DNA of 64,000 nucleotides from an uncultured bacterium (GTDB lineage Bacteria; Chlamydiota; Chlamydiia; Chlamydiales; JAAKFR01): NCBI GenBank assembly GCA_964350245.1, contig CAYGJC010000005.1, positions 37,974 to 101,973 of the forward strand, read 5' to 3'. Shown piece by piece: positions 63,760 to 64,000 of this stretch (position 1 is its first letter; each line of letters starts with the position of its first letter). The notes under the pieces were generated by a model. It saw only the letters and a program-made list of their open reading frames with translations, ran no database searches and was not told where the DNA came from. The position numbers and the translations under genes were made by a program.

Positions 63760-64000
63760 CTCAACACCCCCTGTAAAGGGCTGGATGCTGTTGCAAACGT
63801 TTGATACGGAATGCGTCCCGCTTGAAAAGCTAACCGTCCTGCTTCACATGCCAGACGCATTGCATGTGCCATATGGACGGGATTGTGTGCACGTGCGACA
63901 GCGGTATTTAAAAGAACGCCATCCATCCCCATTTCCATTGCAATCGCCACATCTGAAGCTGTTCCCAAACCGGCATCCACGATCAGAGGAAGAGAGATTA
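63756..64000 (-). CDS. thiG: Thiazole synthase, C-terminal part (gene continues beyond the window)
   Basis: [38 protein letters not shown] is the conserved ThiG C-terminal region. The frame is open to the window edge. Confidence 0.85.

Overview
64-kb chromosomal window from a member of the Chlamydiae, most likely an environmental or amoeba-associated lineage (about 45% GC by eye). Two blocks match the C. trachomatis gene order as I recall it. The first is CPAF-like S41 protease, ispH, copD-like, copB-like, LcrH/Scc-type chaperone and a hypothetical gene (CT858-CT863). The second is lptF/lptG-like, tilS, long-form ftsH, pnp, rpsO and tadA (CT838-CT844). The rest is dense housekeeping: fumC, truA, map, alr, tdk, pncAB, two MarC genes, SulP, NhaD, an OppA-like binding protein, MscS and a thiF-thiE-thiE/tenI-thiG cluster. 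Accessory content includes a GNAT plus AbiE (type IV toxin-antitoxin) islet beside two tandem tRNA-Leu genes, and a five-gene arginine succinyltransferase (AST) operon in which an M20 peptidase sits where astE is missing. It also includes an F-box protein, a GGDEF protein with a degenerate receiver domain, a fused ABC permease/ThiY-like binding protein, and an Inc-like protein with a serine-hydrolase domain. The most interesting locus is 34.8-36.7 kb. Three tandem paralogous small helical proteins sit behind a near-consensus promoter and palindrome, and their layout resembles EspA/SseB-type type III secretion (T3S) filament or translocon proteins. A 392-aa protein occupying the sseB position upstream of the chaperone-copB-copD operon has a similar C-terminal layout. 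No CRISPR arrays, rRNA genes, transposases or integrases were seen. All functional calls come from motif recognition by eye; no searches were run.
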